Source: Tubiluchus corallicola (taxonomy: Eukaryota > Animalia > Priapulida). From it: 64,000 nucleotides of DNA. The stretch covers positions 1 through 64,000 of the forward strand of contig JAQGDQ010002403.1 of NCBI GenBank assembly GCA_030141605.1, given 5' to 3'. The first letter of the stretch is position 1, and every line of letters starts with the position of its first letter. Both the position numbers and the translations under genes were made by a program. The notes under the pieces are model-generated. The model was not told where the DNA came from and searched no databases. It saw only the letters and a program-made list of their open reading frames with translations. Positions 53,634 to 63,070 of this stretch are shown piece by piece.

Positions 53634-54263
53634 CTAATTTACATATTTCTTTATTTTCTCTAACTGAACTGCAAAGTAAGTTCTTTTTTCTGGATATTTC
53701 AAATATAATTTTTCATAAACTCGAAGAGCTTGTAAATAATGACCCTGCTTAACATAAACCTTAGCCAAAGCCTCCGTAATAAGATTCTCATTTTTCTGTA
53801 TGCTACTCTCTGAAAGATCTTTGTTCTTTTCTTGCCCTTTAACTACCTTGTCAATTTTAATCTTAGGAGACTTCTTTATAAAGTTATCTATTAAATCATT
53901 TCGATTGAAAACTTTTGTTTTTTCGTCCACCAACTTAGGAGCTTTCATTATATCATACACTGCCACATCTGTTGGTAAAGATTTTTTGCATAGTTTCTCT
54001 GATTGATGTAATAAATCATAAAGTCTCTCCCTATCCGTTGTGTATATTGCAGTAACCAACAATTCGCTTTTGAACCTCAAACTTTTCTCTGCCTGCAAGT
54101 TCTTAATTAATAGTAGTCTTGCTGTCTGAAAATACGGATATTTCTCTATTATTTTCTCTATCTCTGAGATGGTATTGATATTTAAACTACCACTATCTTC
54201 AATGTATTTTAATAAAGTATCACTATTCAATTTAAGATTGAATTTATTTAGAAATATTTTCAA
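53634..54263 (-). CDS. Conserved TPR-like hypothetical protein
   Basis: YPYFQ N-terminal motif; TEALAKVY.KQG...A...YEKL.LKYPEK; start uncertain. Confidence 0.8.
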   Translation of the reverse strand: MKIFLNKFNLKLNSDTLLKYIEDSGSLNINTISEIEKIIEKYPYFQTARLLLIKNLQAEKSLRFKSELLVTAIYTTDRERLYDLLHQSEKLCKKSLPTDVAVYDIMKAPKLVDEKTKVFNRNDLIDNFIKKSPKIKIDKVVKGQEKNKDLSESSIQKNENLITEALAKVYVKQGHYLQALRVYEKLYLKYPEKRTYFAVQLEKIKKYVN

Positions 54264-54285
54264 CTTGTAATCTTTGGACAGATTA

Positions 54286-54795
54286 TTACCAATTAATCAC
54301 TGATTTATTAAATATATCTTGAATAATTTGATCTAATATTACCTCTACCAATTCACTTTCTACTGATTCAAAACTTTGACTACTTTCATAATCTTCAAAA
54401 GCAGAAAAAGAATCGTCGAAATTGGTTTTTTCATCATACTTATTGGTAAATTTAACCCTTATTTTTATTGTTAGTCTATTTTCTGCTGCCGTCTGAGCAT
54501 CTGTTATAGCCATTGGCTTTATTTCATAGCCTGTAATCTCTCCTTCAAAATGCAAGTCTCCTTCCGTATCTGTAACAAGAACCAACTTCGTTTGAGAGTC
54601 GAATCTTTCTTTTAGTTTCAAATCAAATTCTGCAGCCAAATTAGGATTTACAAGAGGTGCTCTATTCTCAAAAAATCGCACGGAATAAGTTTCTGCCTCT
54701 ACTGGAATAGAAGTTCCAGAAAAAGAATAACTTATTTTACACCCTGCAAACATTACTACCCCCAATAGTAAAAACACGTTGAATAACCTGTTCAT
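54286..54795 (-). CDS. lptE: LptE-family lipoprotein
   Basis: Lipobox FAGC, YSFSG, FEGEITGY, DIFNK..NW. Confidence 0.8.
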   Translation of the reverse strand: MNRLFNVFLLLGVVMFAGCKISYSFSGTSIPVEAETYSVRFFENRAPLVNPNLAAEFDLKLKERFDSQTKLVLVTDTEGDLHFEGEITGYEIKPMAITDAQTAAENRLTIKIRVKFTNKYDEKTNFDDSFSAFEDYESSQSFESVESELVEVILDQIIQDIFNKSVINW

Positions 54796-54798
54796 CTT

Positions 54799-56052
54799 TT
54801 ATATATGTATATTATATTCCTTTATTTTACGATAAAGAGTTCGTTCTGATATACCTAATTCTAAAGCAGCATATCTTCTTTTACCCTTATTTTTTTCTAA
54901 TGCTTTCTTTATCAACTCTTTTTCATTGTCTTCAAGCGACAACGATTCTTCTACCATCTCTTCTGTATCTTCTATATGTTTGGCTTCTTTATTTTTGATA
55001 ATTGCTGAACTATTATTAGTTTTTGAAGAGGCAGTAATAATAGAAGTATCATTTTGTTCAACCTCTAAAATGTTATTTATAGCTCGTGCATTATCTTTTT
55101 GCACTTCTTCACTAAATCTTCCATTCCTAATGATATCCAACACCAGTTTCTTTAAATCTTTCATATCTTGTTTCATGTCAAAAAGCACCTTATACAGAAT
55201 CTCTCGCTCCGATGCAAAGTTGGCATCATTTTCACCGCCTTCTTTGTAAAGAGTTAAAGCACTGGGCTGATGTATATTAGGAAGATATCTGAGCAGTGAC
55301 TTTTCATCTATTATTCTACTCTTTTCAATAATAGACATTTGTTCTGTTACATTTTTCAGTTGTCTGATGTTTCCTTGCCAATAATAATTTTCTAACAATT
55401 TTTGGGCTTGGGGAGTAATAGTAAGTACAGGCACTTTATATTTTTCAGCAAAATCAGTAGCAAATTTTCTAAACAGCAAGTTAACGTCTTCCTTCCTCTT
55501 TCTTAGGGCTGGGATGCTAATGGTAATAGCATTGAGTCTATAATATAAATCCTCTCTAAATTTTCCCTTCCTAATTGCCTCTGCAAAATCTATGTTTGTA
55601 GCAGCAACTACTCTTACATTTGTTTTTAAGGTTTTAGACGAACCCACTTTTATAAATTCTCCTGTTTCTAACACTCTCAACAACTTTGCTTGAGTAGAGA
55701 GAGGTAACTCTCCCACTTCATCCAAAAAAATGGTCCCTCCATCTGCCTCTTGAAAATATCCCTTCCTATCAGATAATGCACCAGTAAAGGCTCCTTTCTC
55801 GTGACCAAAAAGCTCTGAATCTATGGTTCCCTCCGGTATTGCACCACAATTGACGGCTATATATGGAGAATGTTTTCTATGACTATGCTGATGAATTATT
55901 TTAGGAAATACCTCCTTCCCTACTCCACTCTCCCCTACAATTACCACAGACAAATTTGCAGGTGCCACTTGCACTGCTATATTCACAGCTCGCTCTAAGT
56001 CTTTTGAATATCCTATAATACCAAATTTCTTTTTTATCTCCTGTAGCTCCAT
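54799..56052 (-). CDS. Sigma54-dependent activator (AAA+ plus Fis HTH), no N-terminal sensor domain
   Basis: GESGVGKE, GAFTGA, FLDEVGE, FREDLYYRL, LGISERTLYRK; start moved to ATG 56052, just after the TATATTTG box at 56064-56057. Confidence 0.93.
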   Translation of the reverse strand: MELQEIKKKFGIIGYSKDLERAVNIAVQVAPANLSVVIVGESGVGKEVFPKIIHQHSHRKHSPYIAVNCGAIPEGTIDSELFGHEKGAFTGALSDRKGYFQEADGGTIFLDEVGELPLSTQAKLLRVLETGEFIKVGSSKTLKTNVRVVAATNIDFAEAIRKGKFREDLYYRLNAITISIPALRKRKEDVNLLFRKFATDFAEKYKVPVLTITPQAQKLLENYYWQGNIRQLKNVTEQMSIIEKSRIIDEKSLLRYLPNIHQPSALTLYKEGGENDANFASEREILYKVLFDMKQDMKDLKKLVLDIIRNGRFSEEVQKDNARAINNILEVEQNDTSIITASSKTNNSSAIIKNKEAKHIEDTEEMVEESLSLEDNEKELIKKALEKNKGKRRYAALELGISERTLYRKIKEYNIHI

Positions 56053-56153
56053 ACTGCAAATATACTGTTTATTTTTGTAGAACGCAATATTCACCCTTCA
56101 TGCAGGAATTAAGAAAACATTGAATAAGATAAATCTTTCAAAAACTATTTTTT

Positions 56154-56179
56154 TGCAACCTTTTTTGATTTTTGCATCT
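56154..56179 (+). promoter_or_regulatory. Possible ECF-type promoter (TGCAACC...GCATCT)
   Basis: AAC -35 and CATCT -10-like element upstream of the patatin gene. Confidence 0.35.
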
Positions 56180-56293
56180 TAATTATAAATCGATAAACAA
56201 ACATTGTTGTTTCACCGTATAAAAGTAAATGTTTTCAAAAAATAATTATTTGAGTTTTACTATCTTTACATTTGTTGTTGTTAATTCATAATA

Positions 56294-58570
56294 ATGTTTA
56301 TTAGGTTATTCTATATTCTAGTTGTAATGTTAATTTCCATTAGTGTTACTGCTCAAGAAGTAGGTTTAGTGCTAAGTGGTGGTGGTGCAAAAGGCATGGC
56401 ACATATAGGGGTTATCAAAGCTCTTGAAGAGAACAACATCCCTATTGACTATATTGCTGGCACATCCATTGGTGCTGTTGTAGGAGGACTATATGCCATT
56501 GGCTATTCCTTAGAAGAAATGGAAAGCCTATTTAGGTCAGAAGAATTTAATGATTGGATAACTGGAAGTATTTCAGAAAAGCATACTTTCTTTTTCAAAG
56601 GAAGAGATATGGACCCTACTTTATTTTCTATTAAATTCTACAAAAAAGACTCTATCATCCAACCAGAACTACCTACTAGTATTATCTCTACTTCTAGCCT
56701 TGATTTTGCTTTTTTAGAAAAATATCTGGGTGCAAACGCTGTTTCAAATAACAATTTTGATAGTCTCTTCGTACCTTTTAGGTGTGTTGCTACTGATATT
56801 TTTGAAAATAAAACTATTATTTTCAAAAATGGGGAATTGGATAAAGCAATAAGAGCCTCAATGGCTATTCCATTTTTTTTTCCCCCTATAGAAATTAATG
56901 GTCAATTAATGTTCGATGGTGGGATAAAAAATAATTTTCCCGTAGATGTGATGATAAAAGATTTTAACCCTGATTATATTATTGGTAGTGTTGTTGCTGA
57001 AGATTTAAAAAAGCCAGATATAGATGATATGAGCTCCCAAATAATGAACTTAATTATGAATAGGACAGAATACTCTGTCCCACAAGACAAGGGTATTACT
57101 ATAAGAACTAAATTTTCTGGCATAAACATATTGGAATTTCATAAAGTAGATATTATAAAAGATATTGGCTATGCAGAAGCTATGTGTCGGATGGAAGAAA
57201 TAAAGGACAATGTCTCTAAACGTATTTCTATAGAAGAAAAACAAAAAGAAAGAGAAATGTTCAAATCAAAATATCCAGCACCTGTATTCTCCAAAGTAAA
57301 AGTGACTGGGGTTTCTAAAAATTGGGAAAAACAAATAAAAAACAACCTCACAAAAAAGGACAAAGATTTTAGAATAGAAAAAGCAAAACAAGAGTATTTT
57401 AGACTTGTCTCAGACAAGCATATAAAATCTATCTATACAGAAGTAAGTTTCGACACAACAGACAACAAGTATAATTTAAATTTAAATATCAAGAAAGATG
57501 CCCCCTTGGAGCTGAAAATAGGTGGAAATATTTCTACCTCTTTAAACAATCAAGGCTTCGTGGGTATCAATTACAACACTTATAGAACTGTTATTTCCTG
57601 TTTTAACCTTAATGCCAATTTTGGTAGATTATACAATAGCCTATATCTTGGAAATAGCTCTTTCCTTTCCTTAAATAATATGCCATTAGCTATTAATGTA
57701 TATGTGTTAAAGGATAAGTACAATTATTTTTTGAATTCTGCTGAAATTTTTAATTTTGATGAAAGACCTCCTTACTATGTAAATAGCTCTACTACTGCAA
57801 ATATATCTTTCCGCACTCCTATTTTCATTAATAGTATTTTCGAACTTGGAGGTAAGTATATTCTTGCAGAATATGAATATTTTCTCAATAGTTTTTCTAT
57901 AGCAAACGATATACCAGATAACACAAATTTTGATCATTCAATCTTTTTTGCCAAAATAGAAAGAAGCACCTTGAACAAAAAACAATACTCTACAAAAGGC
58001 TCCTATCAAAATATAACCATAGAGCATATAAGAGGAACAGAAAACTATATACCTGGAACACAATCAAACAATATGGCAACTCTGAACAAACACCATCAAT
58101 GGTTTAATTTAACTGCATCTATAGATAAATACTCCAAAATAACAAAAAAGATATCCTTAGGATTCTCAGGAGAGTTTGTTGTTTCAAATCAACCAGAGTT
58201 TTCCAACAATACATCGAACCTTATTGTCTCACCTGCATTTAAACCCACAATACATAGCAAAACACTCTTTTTAGAGGATCTCCGTTCCACTGGATATTTG
58301 GGTGGAAGTTTAAAATTCATTTACAATATTAGAAATAACTTGCACCTTAGAGCAGAGGGACACTTTTTCCTTCCTTATAAAGAATTAACAGACAACACTG
58401 ATTGGAACAGCCTAACTTTTAAAGACATACTTCTTAGCAATAACTATATATTCAATACAGAGTTGGTGTATTATACATTTCTTGGTCCTGCAAGCATTGG
58501 TCTTCACTATTATAATAGGAGTACACAGAACACATTTCTCGTATTTAATTTTGGGTTTCTCCTACCTTAA
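56294..58570 (+). CDS. Patatin-like phospholipase with POTRA-like linker and C-terminal beta-barrel (PlpD-like)
   Basis: Signal peptide, GGGAKG, GTSIG, DGG; aromatic beta-strand C-terminus ending VFNFGFLLP. Confidence 0.85.
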   Translation: MFIRLFYILVVMLISISVTAQEVGLVLSGGGAKGMAHIGVIKALEENNIPIDYIAGTSIGAVVGGLYAIGYSLEEMESLFRSEEFNDWITGSISEKHTFFFKGRDMDPTLFSIKFYKKDSIIQPELPTSIISTSSLDFAFLEKYLGANAVSNNNFDSLFVPFRCVATDIFENKTIIFKNGELDKAIRASMAIPFFFPPIEINGQLMFDGGIKNNFPVDVMIKDFNPDYIIGSVVAEDLKKPDIDDMSSQIMNLIMNRTEYSVPQDKGITIRTKFSGINILEFHKVDIIKDIGYAEAMCRMEEIKDNVSKRISIEEKQKEREMFKSKYPAPVFSKVKVTGVSKNWEKQIKNNLTKKDKDFRIEKAKQEYFRLVSDKHIKSIYTEVSFDTTDNKYNLNLNIKKDAPLELKIGGNISTSLNNQGFVGINYNTYRTVISCFNLNANFGRLYNSLYLGNSSFLSLNNMPLAINVYVLKDKYNYFLNSAEIFNFDERPPYYVNSSTTANISFRTPIFINSIFELGGKYILAEYEYFLNSFSIANDIPDNTNFDHSIFFAKIERSTLNKKQYSTKGSYQNITIEHIRGTENYIPGTQSNNMATLNKHHQWFNLTASIDKYSKITKKISLGFSGEFVVSNQPEFSNNTSNLIVSPAFKPTIHSKTLFLEDLRSTGYLGGSLKFIYNIRNNLHLRAEGHFFLPYKELTDNTDWNSLTFKDILLSNNYIFNTELVYYTFLGPASIGLHYYNRSTQNTFLVFNFGFLLP

Positions 58571-58771
58571 AAGAGTTTCTTCCTCTTCTTGCATGACACC
58601 TTTTTTTGCTACAGACATTATTCTTCCCATAACACTATCAGAAGGTTCAAACTCCAATAAATCTTTTAACGGAATTGAAAACTCTGCAGAGTTTAAAGTT
58701 TCTTCGCTTTCCTTAACAATAGAAACATTAGGTTTTTTAATACCAAATAGCTCTTTTATCATATCTTCCAT
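58562..58771 (-). CDS. Small hypothetical protein downstream of an ECF sigma
   Basis: 69 aa, acidic, EPSDSVMGRIM; 20 bp after the sigma stop. Confidence 0.6.
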   Translation of the reverse strand: MEDMIKELFGIKKPNVSIVKESEETLNSAEFSIPLKDLLEFEPSDSVMGRIMSVAKKGVMQEEEETLLR

Positions 58772-58791
58772 AGATTAATTTTTTAACTATG

Positions 58792-59394
58792 TTAATTAAT
58801 TTTTAAAATAAGTTTATTTTTTTCTATCATTTGCCTTAAATTTATCAAAGCATATCTCATTCTTCCTAGTGCTGTATTAATGCTCACCCCTGTATCTTCA
58901 GCTATTTCTTTAAAACTCATATTAGCAAAGTGTCTTAAAAAAACAACTTGCTTCTGGTCATCTGGTAGTTTTCCCATTAGCACCCTAATCTCTTTCTTTA
59001 TCTGCTCGCTGACTATTTTATCTTCTATATTTCGCCCTGCTAATTTTATGTTGTTAAAATAGTCAAAATCTTCATAATTATCTTTCGAAAAAACTTTCAA
59101 ATTCTTCTCTTTTCTATAATGATCAACTATCAAATTATGAGCAATACGCATCACCCACGAGCCAAACTTACCATCCTCCGAATACTTACCTTTTTTCAAA
59201 GAATCAACCACCTTAATAAAGGTATCCTGAAAAATATCCTCTGCCAAACTTCTATTCTTCGTAGTAAAATAAATATACGAATAAACCTTACTCTTATAAC
59301 GATTAATTAGCTTTTCTATTGCGTCAAGATCTCCATTAATGTACATTGATATCAACTCATTGTCCGAAATCTCTTGTGGGCTCTTGGTTTTCAA
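58792..59394 (-). CDS. ECF RNA polymerase sigma factor
   Basis: AEDIFQDTFIKV, WVMRIAHN, SFKEIA, SINTALGRMRYAL. Confidence 0.93.
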   Translation of the reverse strand: MKTKSPQEISDNELISMYINGDLDAIEKLINRYKSKVYSYIYFTTKNRSLAEDIFQDTFIKVVDSLKKGKYSEDGKFGSWVMRIAHNLIVDHYRKEKNLKVFSKDNYEDFDYFNNIKLAGRNIEDKIVSEQIKKEIRVLMGKLPDDQKQVVFLRHFANMSFKEIAEDTGVSINTALGRMRYALINLRQMIEKNKLILKIN

Positions 59395-59517
59395 AATAAA
59401 TTATTTTTAAAAAAATTAATCCTTTTTAACAAATGTAATAAACTATTTTTTCAATTCCATATTTAATTATTGTAATTTTGTTTTTTTTATATTAAAATTT
59501 GATGAATAACAGCATAT

Positions 59518-62316
59518 ATGCAACGTAACAATAAATATATACAAATAAAGGGAGCTAACATACATAATCTAAAAAATATAAGCTTAGAAATACCAAGAAA
59601 TCAATTAATAGTCATAACAGGTGTTTCTGGATCAGGAAAATCGTCTCTCGCTTTTGATACACTTTATGCTGAAGGACAAAGACGCTATGTAGAAAGTTTA
59701 TCGTCCTACGCCCGTCAATTTCTTAAAAGGATACACAAGCCCGAAGTAGAATACATAAAAGGAATACCACCAGCCATAGCCATAGAGCAAAAAGTAAACA
59801 CTCGAAACCCACGCTCAACAGTAGGAACTTCTACTGAAATATATGACTATATAAAATTGCTATATACACGAATAGGAAAAACTATTTCACCCATCAGTGG
59901 AAAAGAAGTAAAACGACACTACACCAAAGACATCTTAAAACACATACTATCTCAACCTGAAAACACCAAAATACTTATACAAAGTCCCATAGAAACAAAG
60001 CCTGACACAAATCCTATACGGTACTTGCAATCCTTACAACAACAAGGTTTCAAAAGAGTAAGCACAAACAACACCATACATAAGATACAAGACATTATTA
60101 CACAAAAAGACAGTTCAATAGATTTGCAAGAAACAAGACTTGTTATTGACCGTATCATTGTAAAATATAACGACGAAGACCTGCAAAGCCGAATGGCAGA
60201 CTCTATACAAACAGCTCTGTATGAGGGATATGGGAAATGCCTTATTACAAATTTAGATACCAATACCACAGATGTATTCTCCAACAGATTTGAAGCAGAT
60301 GGAATCACTTTCCAAGAACCTAATGAACATATCTTTTCATTTAACAACCCCATAGGAGCTTGCCCTAAATGTGAAGGATATGGAAAAACCATTGGTATAG
60401 ATGAAGACCTTGTTGTGCCTGACAAAAATCTATCCATCTACAACAATGCTATTATCTGCTGGAAGGGAGAAAAGATGAGTCAATGGAAGGAGCAGCTAAT
60501 CAACAATTCTCATAAGTTCAACTTCCCTATACACAAGCCTTATTACGAACTCACCTCCGAACAAAAGCAATTAGTATGGGAAGGCAATCAATATTTTGAA
60601 GGCTTAAATACTTTCTTCCAAATACTAGAAGAAAACCAATATAAAATACAATACCGTGTAATGTTGGCTCGCTTTAGAGGAAAAACTATTTGTCCTTTAT
60701 GCAAAGGTGCTAGACTCAAAAAAGAATCCACCTATATTAAGATAAATAACAAATCCATAACAGAATTAGTAGAATTACCTGCGGTAGAAATTCTTGAGTT
60801 TTTTAAAAACCTAAAACTAACACCTTATGAGCAAGAAATAAGTAAACGACTCCTCAAAGAGATTATCAACCGATTGTTATTTCTTGTAGATGTGGGACTA
60901 AGTTACCTTACTCTCAACCGCCTCTCCTCCACTCTATCTGGTGGAGAATCACAACGTATAAACCTTGCTACTTCACTTGGAAGTTCGCTTGTAGGTTCAT
61001 TGTATATACTAGATGAACCCAGTATTGGCTTGCACTCTAAGGACACACAGCGTCTTATCAAAATTTTACGACAGTTGAAACAACTGGGTAACACCGTGAT
61101 AGTGGTAGAACACGATGAAGATATAATACAAGCTGCCGACTACATTATAGACATAGGCCCTTTAGCAGGAACACTTGGCGGAGAGATAACCTACAATGGC
61201 ACAATAAACGACCTATTAAAAAACACTAAGCCTACCAACCTCACTGCCAAATACCTCAATGGAATAGAAAAGATACCCATACCTACCCAAAGAAGAAAAT
61301 GGAGTAACTACATAAAAATACTTGGAGCAAGAGAAAATAATCTTAAAGGGTTCGACGTAAAATTTCCTCTTAATATTATTACAACTATTACAGGTGTCAG
61401 TGGGTCAGGGAAATCATCACTTATTAAGAAGATATTATACCCTGCCCTTAAAATACACCTTGGAGAATATGCTGGAAAGACTGGCTCGCACTCTCATCTA
61501 CAAGGCGATCTTAAACTCATTCACAATATAGAATTCATAGACCAAAACCCCATAGGCAAATCATCACGATCTAATCCAGCTACTTATCTCAAAGTCTACG
61601 ATGAAATACGTGCCTTATTTGCAAGTCAAAAAATAGCCACTAAATACAATTTAAAGCCTTCACACTTCTCTTACAATGTAGAAGGAGGAAGATGTGAAGA
61701 GTGTGAAGGGGAAGGTATCATTAAAGTAGAAATGCAATTTATGGCTGACATTTACATAGATTGTGAAACCTGTAAAGGCAAAAGATTCAAAGACAATGTA
61801 TTAGAGGTAACCTATCAAGGTAAAAATATTTATGATATATTAGAACTCACCGTAAAAGAAGCCATAGAGTTCTTCTCTGATAAAGAAGGCAAAATAGAAA
61901 AAAGAATCACTCAAAAACTAAAGCCTTTAGCTGACGTAGGTTTAGAATACGTAAAACTTGGACAGGCTTCCTCCACCCTTAGTGGGGGAGAAAACCAAAG
62001 AGTAAAACTTGCCTACTACCTTAGCAAGGTAAAAACTGAGCCTATGCTTTTTATATTTGACGAGCCAACCACAGGCTTACATTTTCACGATATACGAAAG
62101 CTACTCAATTCCTTCAACAAACTTATAGACAAAGGACACACCATTATTATCATAGAGCACAACTTAGAAGTTATAAAGTCCTCTGACTGGATTATAGACC
62201 TTGGATTACAAGGTGGAAATGCAGGAGGTCATAAAGTTTTCGAAGGAACACCCGAAGAAGCTGTACATTTCAGCGAAGCCTCTGTAAGTGAATTTCTAAA
62301 AGAAAAAACCGGATAA
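59518..62316 (+). CDS. uvrA: Excinuclease ABC subunit A
   Basis: Two GVSGSGKSS, two LSGGE, zinc fingers, DEPSIGLH and DEPTTGLH. Confidence 0.97.
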   Translation: MQRNNKYIQIKGANIHNLKNISLEIPRNQLIVITGVSGSGKSSLAFDTLYAEGQRRYVESLSSYARQFLKRIHKPEVEYIKGIPPAIAIEQKVNTRNPRSTVGTSTEIYDYIKLLYTRIGKTISPISGKEVKRHYTKDILKHILSQPENTKILIQSPIETKPDTNPIRYLQSLQQQGFKRVSTNNTIHKIQDIITQKDSSIDLQETRLVIDRIIVKYNDEDLQSRMADSIQTALYEGYGKCLITNLDTNTTDVFSNRFEADGITFQEPNEHIFSFNNPIGACPKCEGYGKTIGIDEDLVVPDKNLSIYNNAIICWKGEKMSQWKEQLINNSHKFNFPIHKPYYELTSEQKQLVWEGNQYFEGLNTFFQILEENQYKIQYRVMLARFRGKTICPLCKGARLKKESTYIKINNKSITELVELPAVEILEFFKNLKLTPYEQEISKRLLKEIINRLLFLVDVGLSYLTLNRLSSTLSGGESQRINLATSLGSSLVGSLYILDEPSIGLHSKDTQRLIKILRQLKQLGNTVIVVEHDEDIIQAADYIIDIGPLAGTLGGEITYNGTINDLLKNTKPTNLTAKYLNGIEKIPIPTQRRKWSNYIKILGARENNLKGFDVKFPLNIITTITGVSGSGKSSLIKKILYPALKIHLGEYAGKTGSHSHLQGDLKLIHNIEFIDQNPIGKSSRSNPATYLKVYDEIRALFASQKIATKYNLKPSHFSYNVEGGRCEECEGEGIIKVEMQFMADIYIDCETCKGKRFKDNVLEVTYQGKNIYDILELTVKEAIEFFSDKEGKIEKRITQKLKPLADVGLEYVKLGQASSTLSGGENQRVKLAYYLSKVKTEPMLFIFDEPTTGLHFHDIRKLLNSFNKLIDKGHTIIIIEHNLEVIKSSDWIIDLGLQGGNAGGHKVFEGTPEEAVHFSEASVSEFLKEKTG

Positions 62317-62388
62317 TTAAAAACTAAGATTAAACTACAAAGTTATTGTTAATTTTTTCTCTTCTTTTAACAAAGCTTTTTTATCCTT

Positions 62389-62991
62389 TCATTTCTTATA
62401 CTTCACAGTACAACCTATGGCCTTGGTAGTTTTGGGGCTTATCTCTTTATTTGCTAAGAGCGAGGTCATAGCATTTTCTAAGTATTTTTCAGTTACAGCA
62501 CTTTCATCTCGCGGGTTATTATCTATGGCACCTATGTATTTTACCACAAGATTGTCTTTTTCTCTTTTCAACAAATATACGTGAGGAGTTCTTGTGGCTC
62601 CATATTGTTTCACTACCTTTTGACCATCGTCAAACAAATAAGGAAAGGTAAAACCTTTCTCTTTTGCTTTTACCTGCATTTTGTCGTAAGAGTCTTCGGG
62701 TTGTGCTTCAGGGTCATTGGGATTGATAGTAATAACAGGATACCCCTGTGGCTTATACTCTTTATCAAGAGCAATAATGCGGTCTTCACTTGCTACGACA
62801 TAAGGACAACGGTTGCAAGTAAATATCACTATAAAGCCTTTAGCGTTCTTATAGTCAGCAAGTGAAACAAATTTACCATCTACATTTTTTAATTTAAAAT
62901 CAGTGGCTTTATCTCCTACTGAATATCCTCCCGCTTGCACATTAAAGATCAAGACAGTGTTAATAAATAGTGTTATAATTAATTTTTTCAT
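62389..62991 (-). CDS. Exported thioredoxin-fold (AhpC/TSA-like) protein
   Basis: Signal peptide, FTCNRCPYV, GATRTP, YIGAID, IGCTVK. Confidence 0.88.
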   Translation of the reverse strand: MKKLIITLFINTVLIFNVQAGGYSVGDKATDFKLKNVDGKFVSLADYKNAKGFIVIFTCNRCPYVVASEDRIIALDKEYKPQGYPVITINPNDPEAQPEDSYDKMQVKAKEKGFTFPYLFDDGQKVVKQYGATRTPHVYLLKREKDNLVVKYIGAIDNNPRDESAVTEKYLENAMTSLLANKEISPKTTKAIGCTVKYKK

Positions 62992-63070
62992 AGTTCCCAG
63001 ATTTTTAAAATACTAAAAATAAGTTTGATTATAATTATTATCAATAAAGTTATATTTCTTTCCTATGTTA

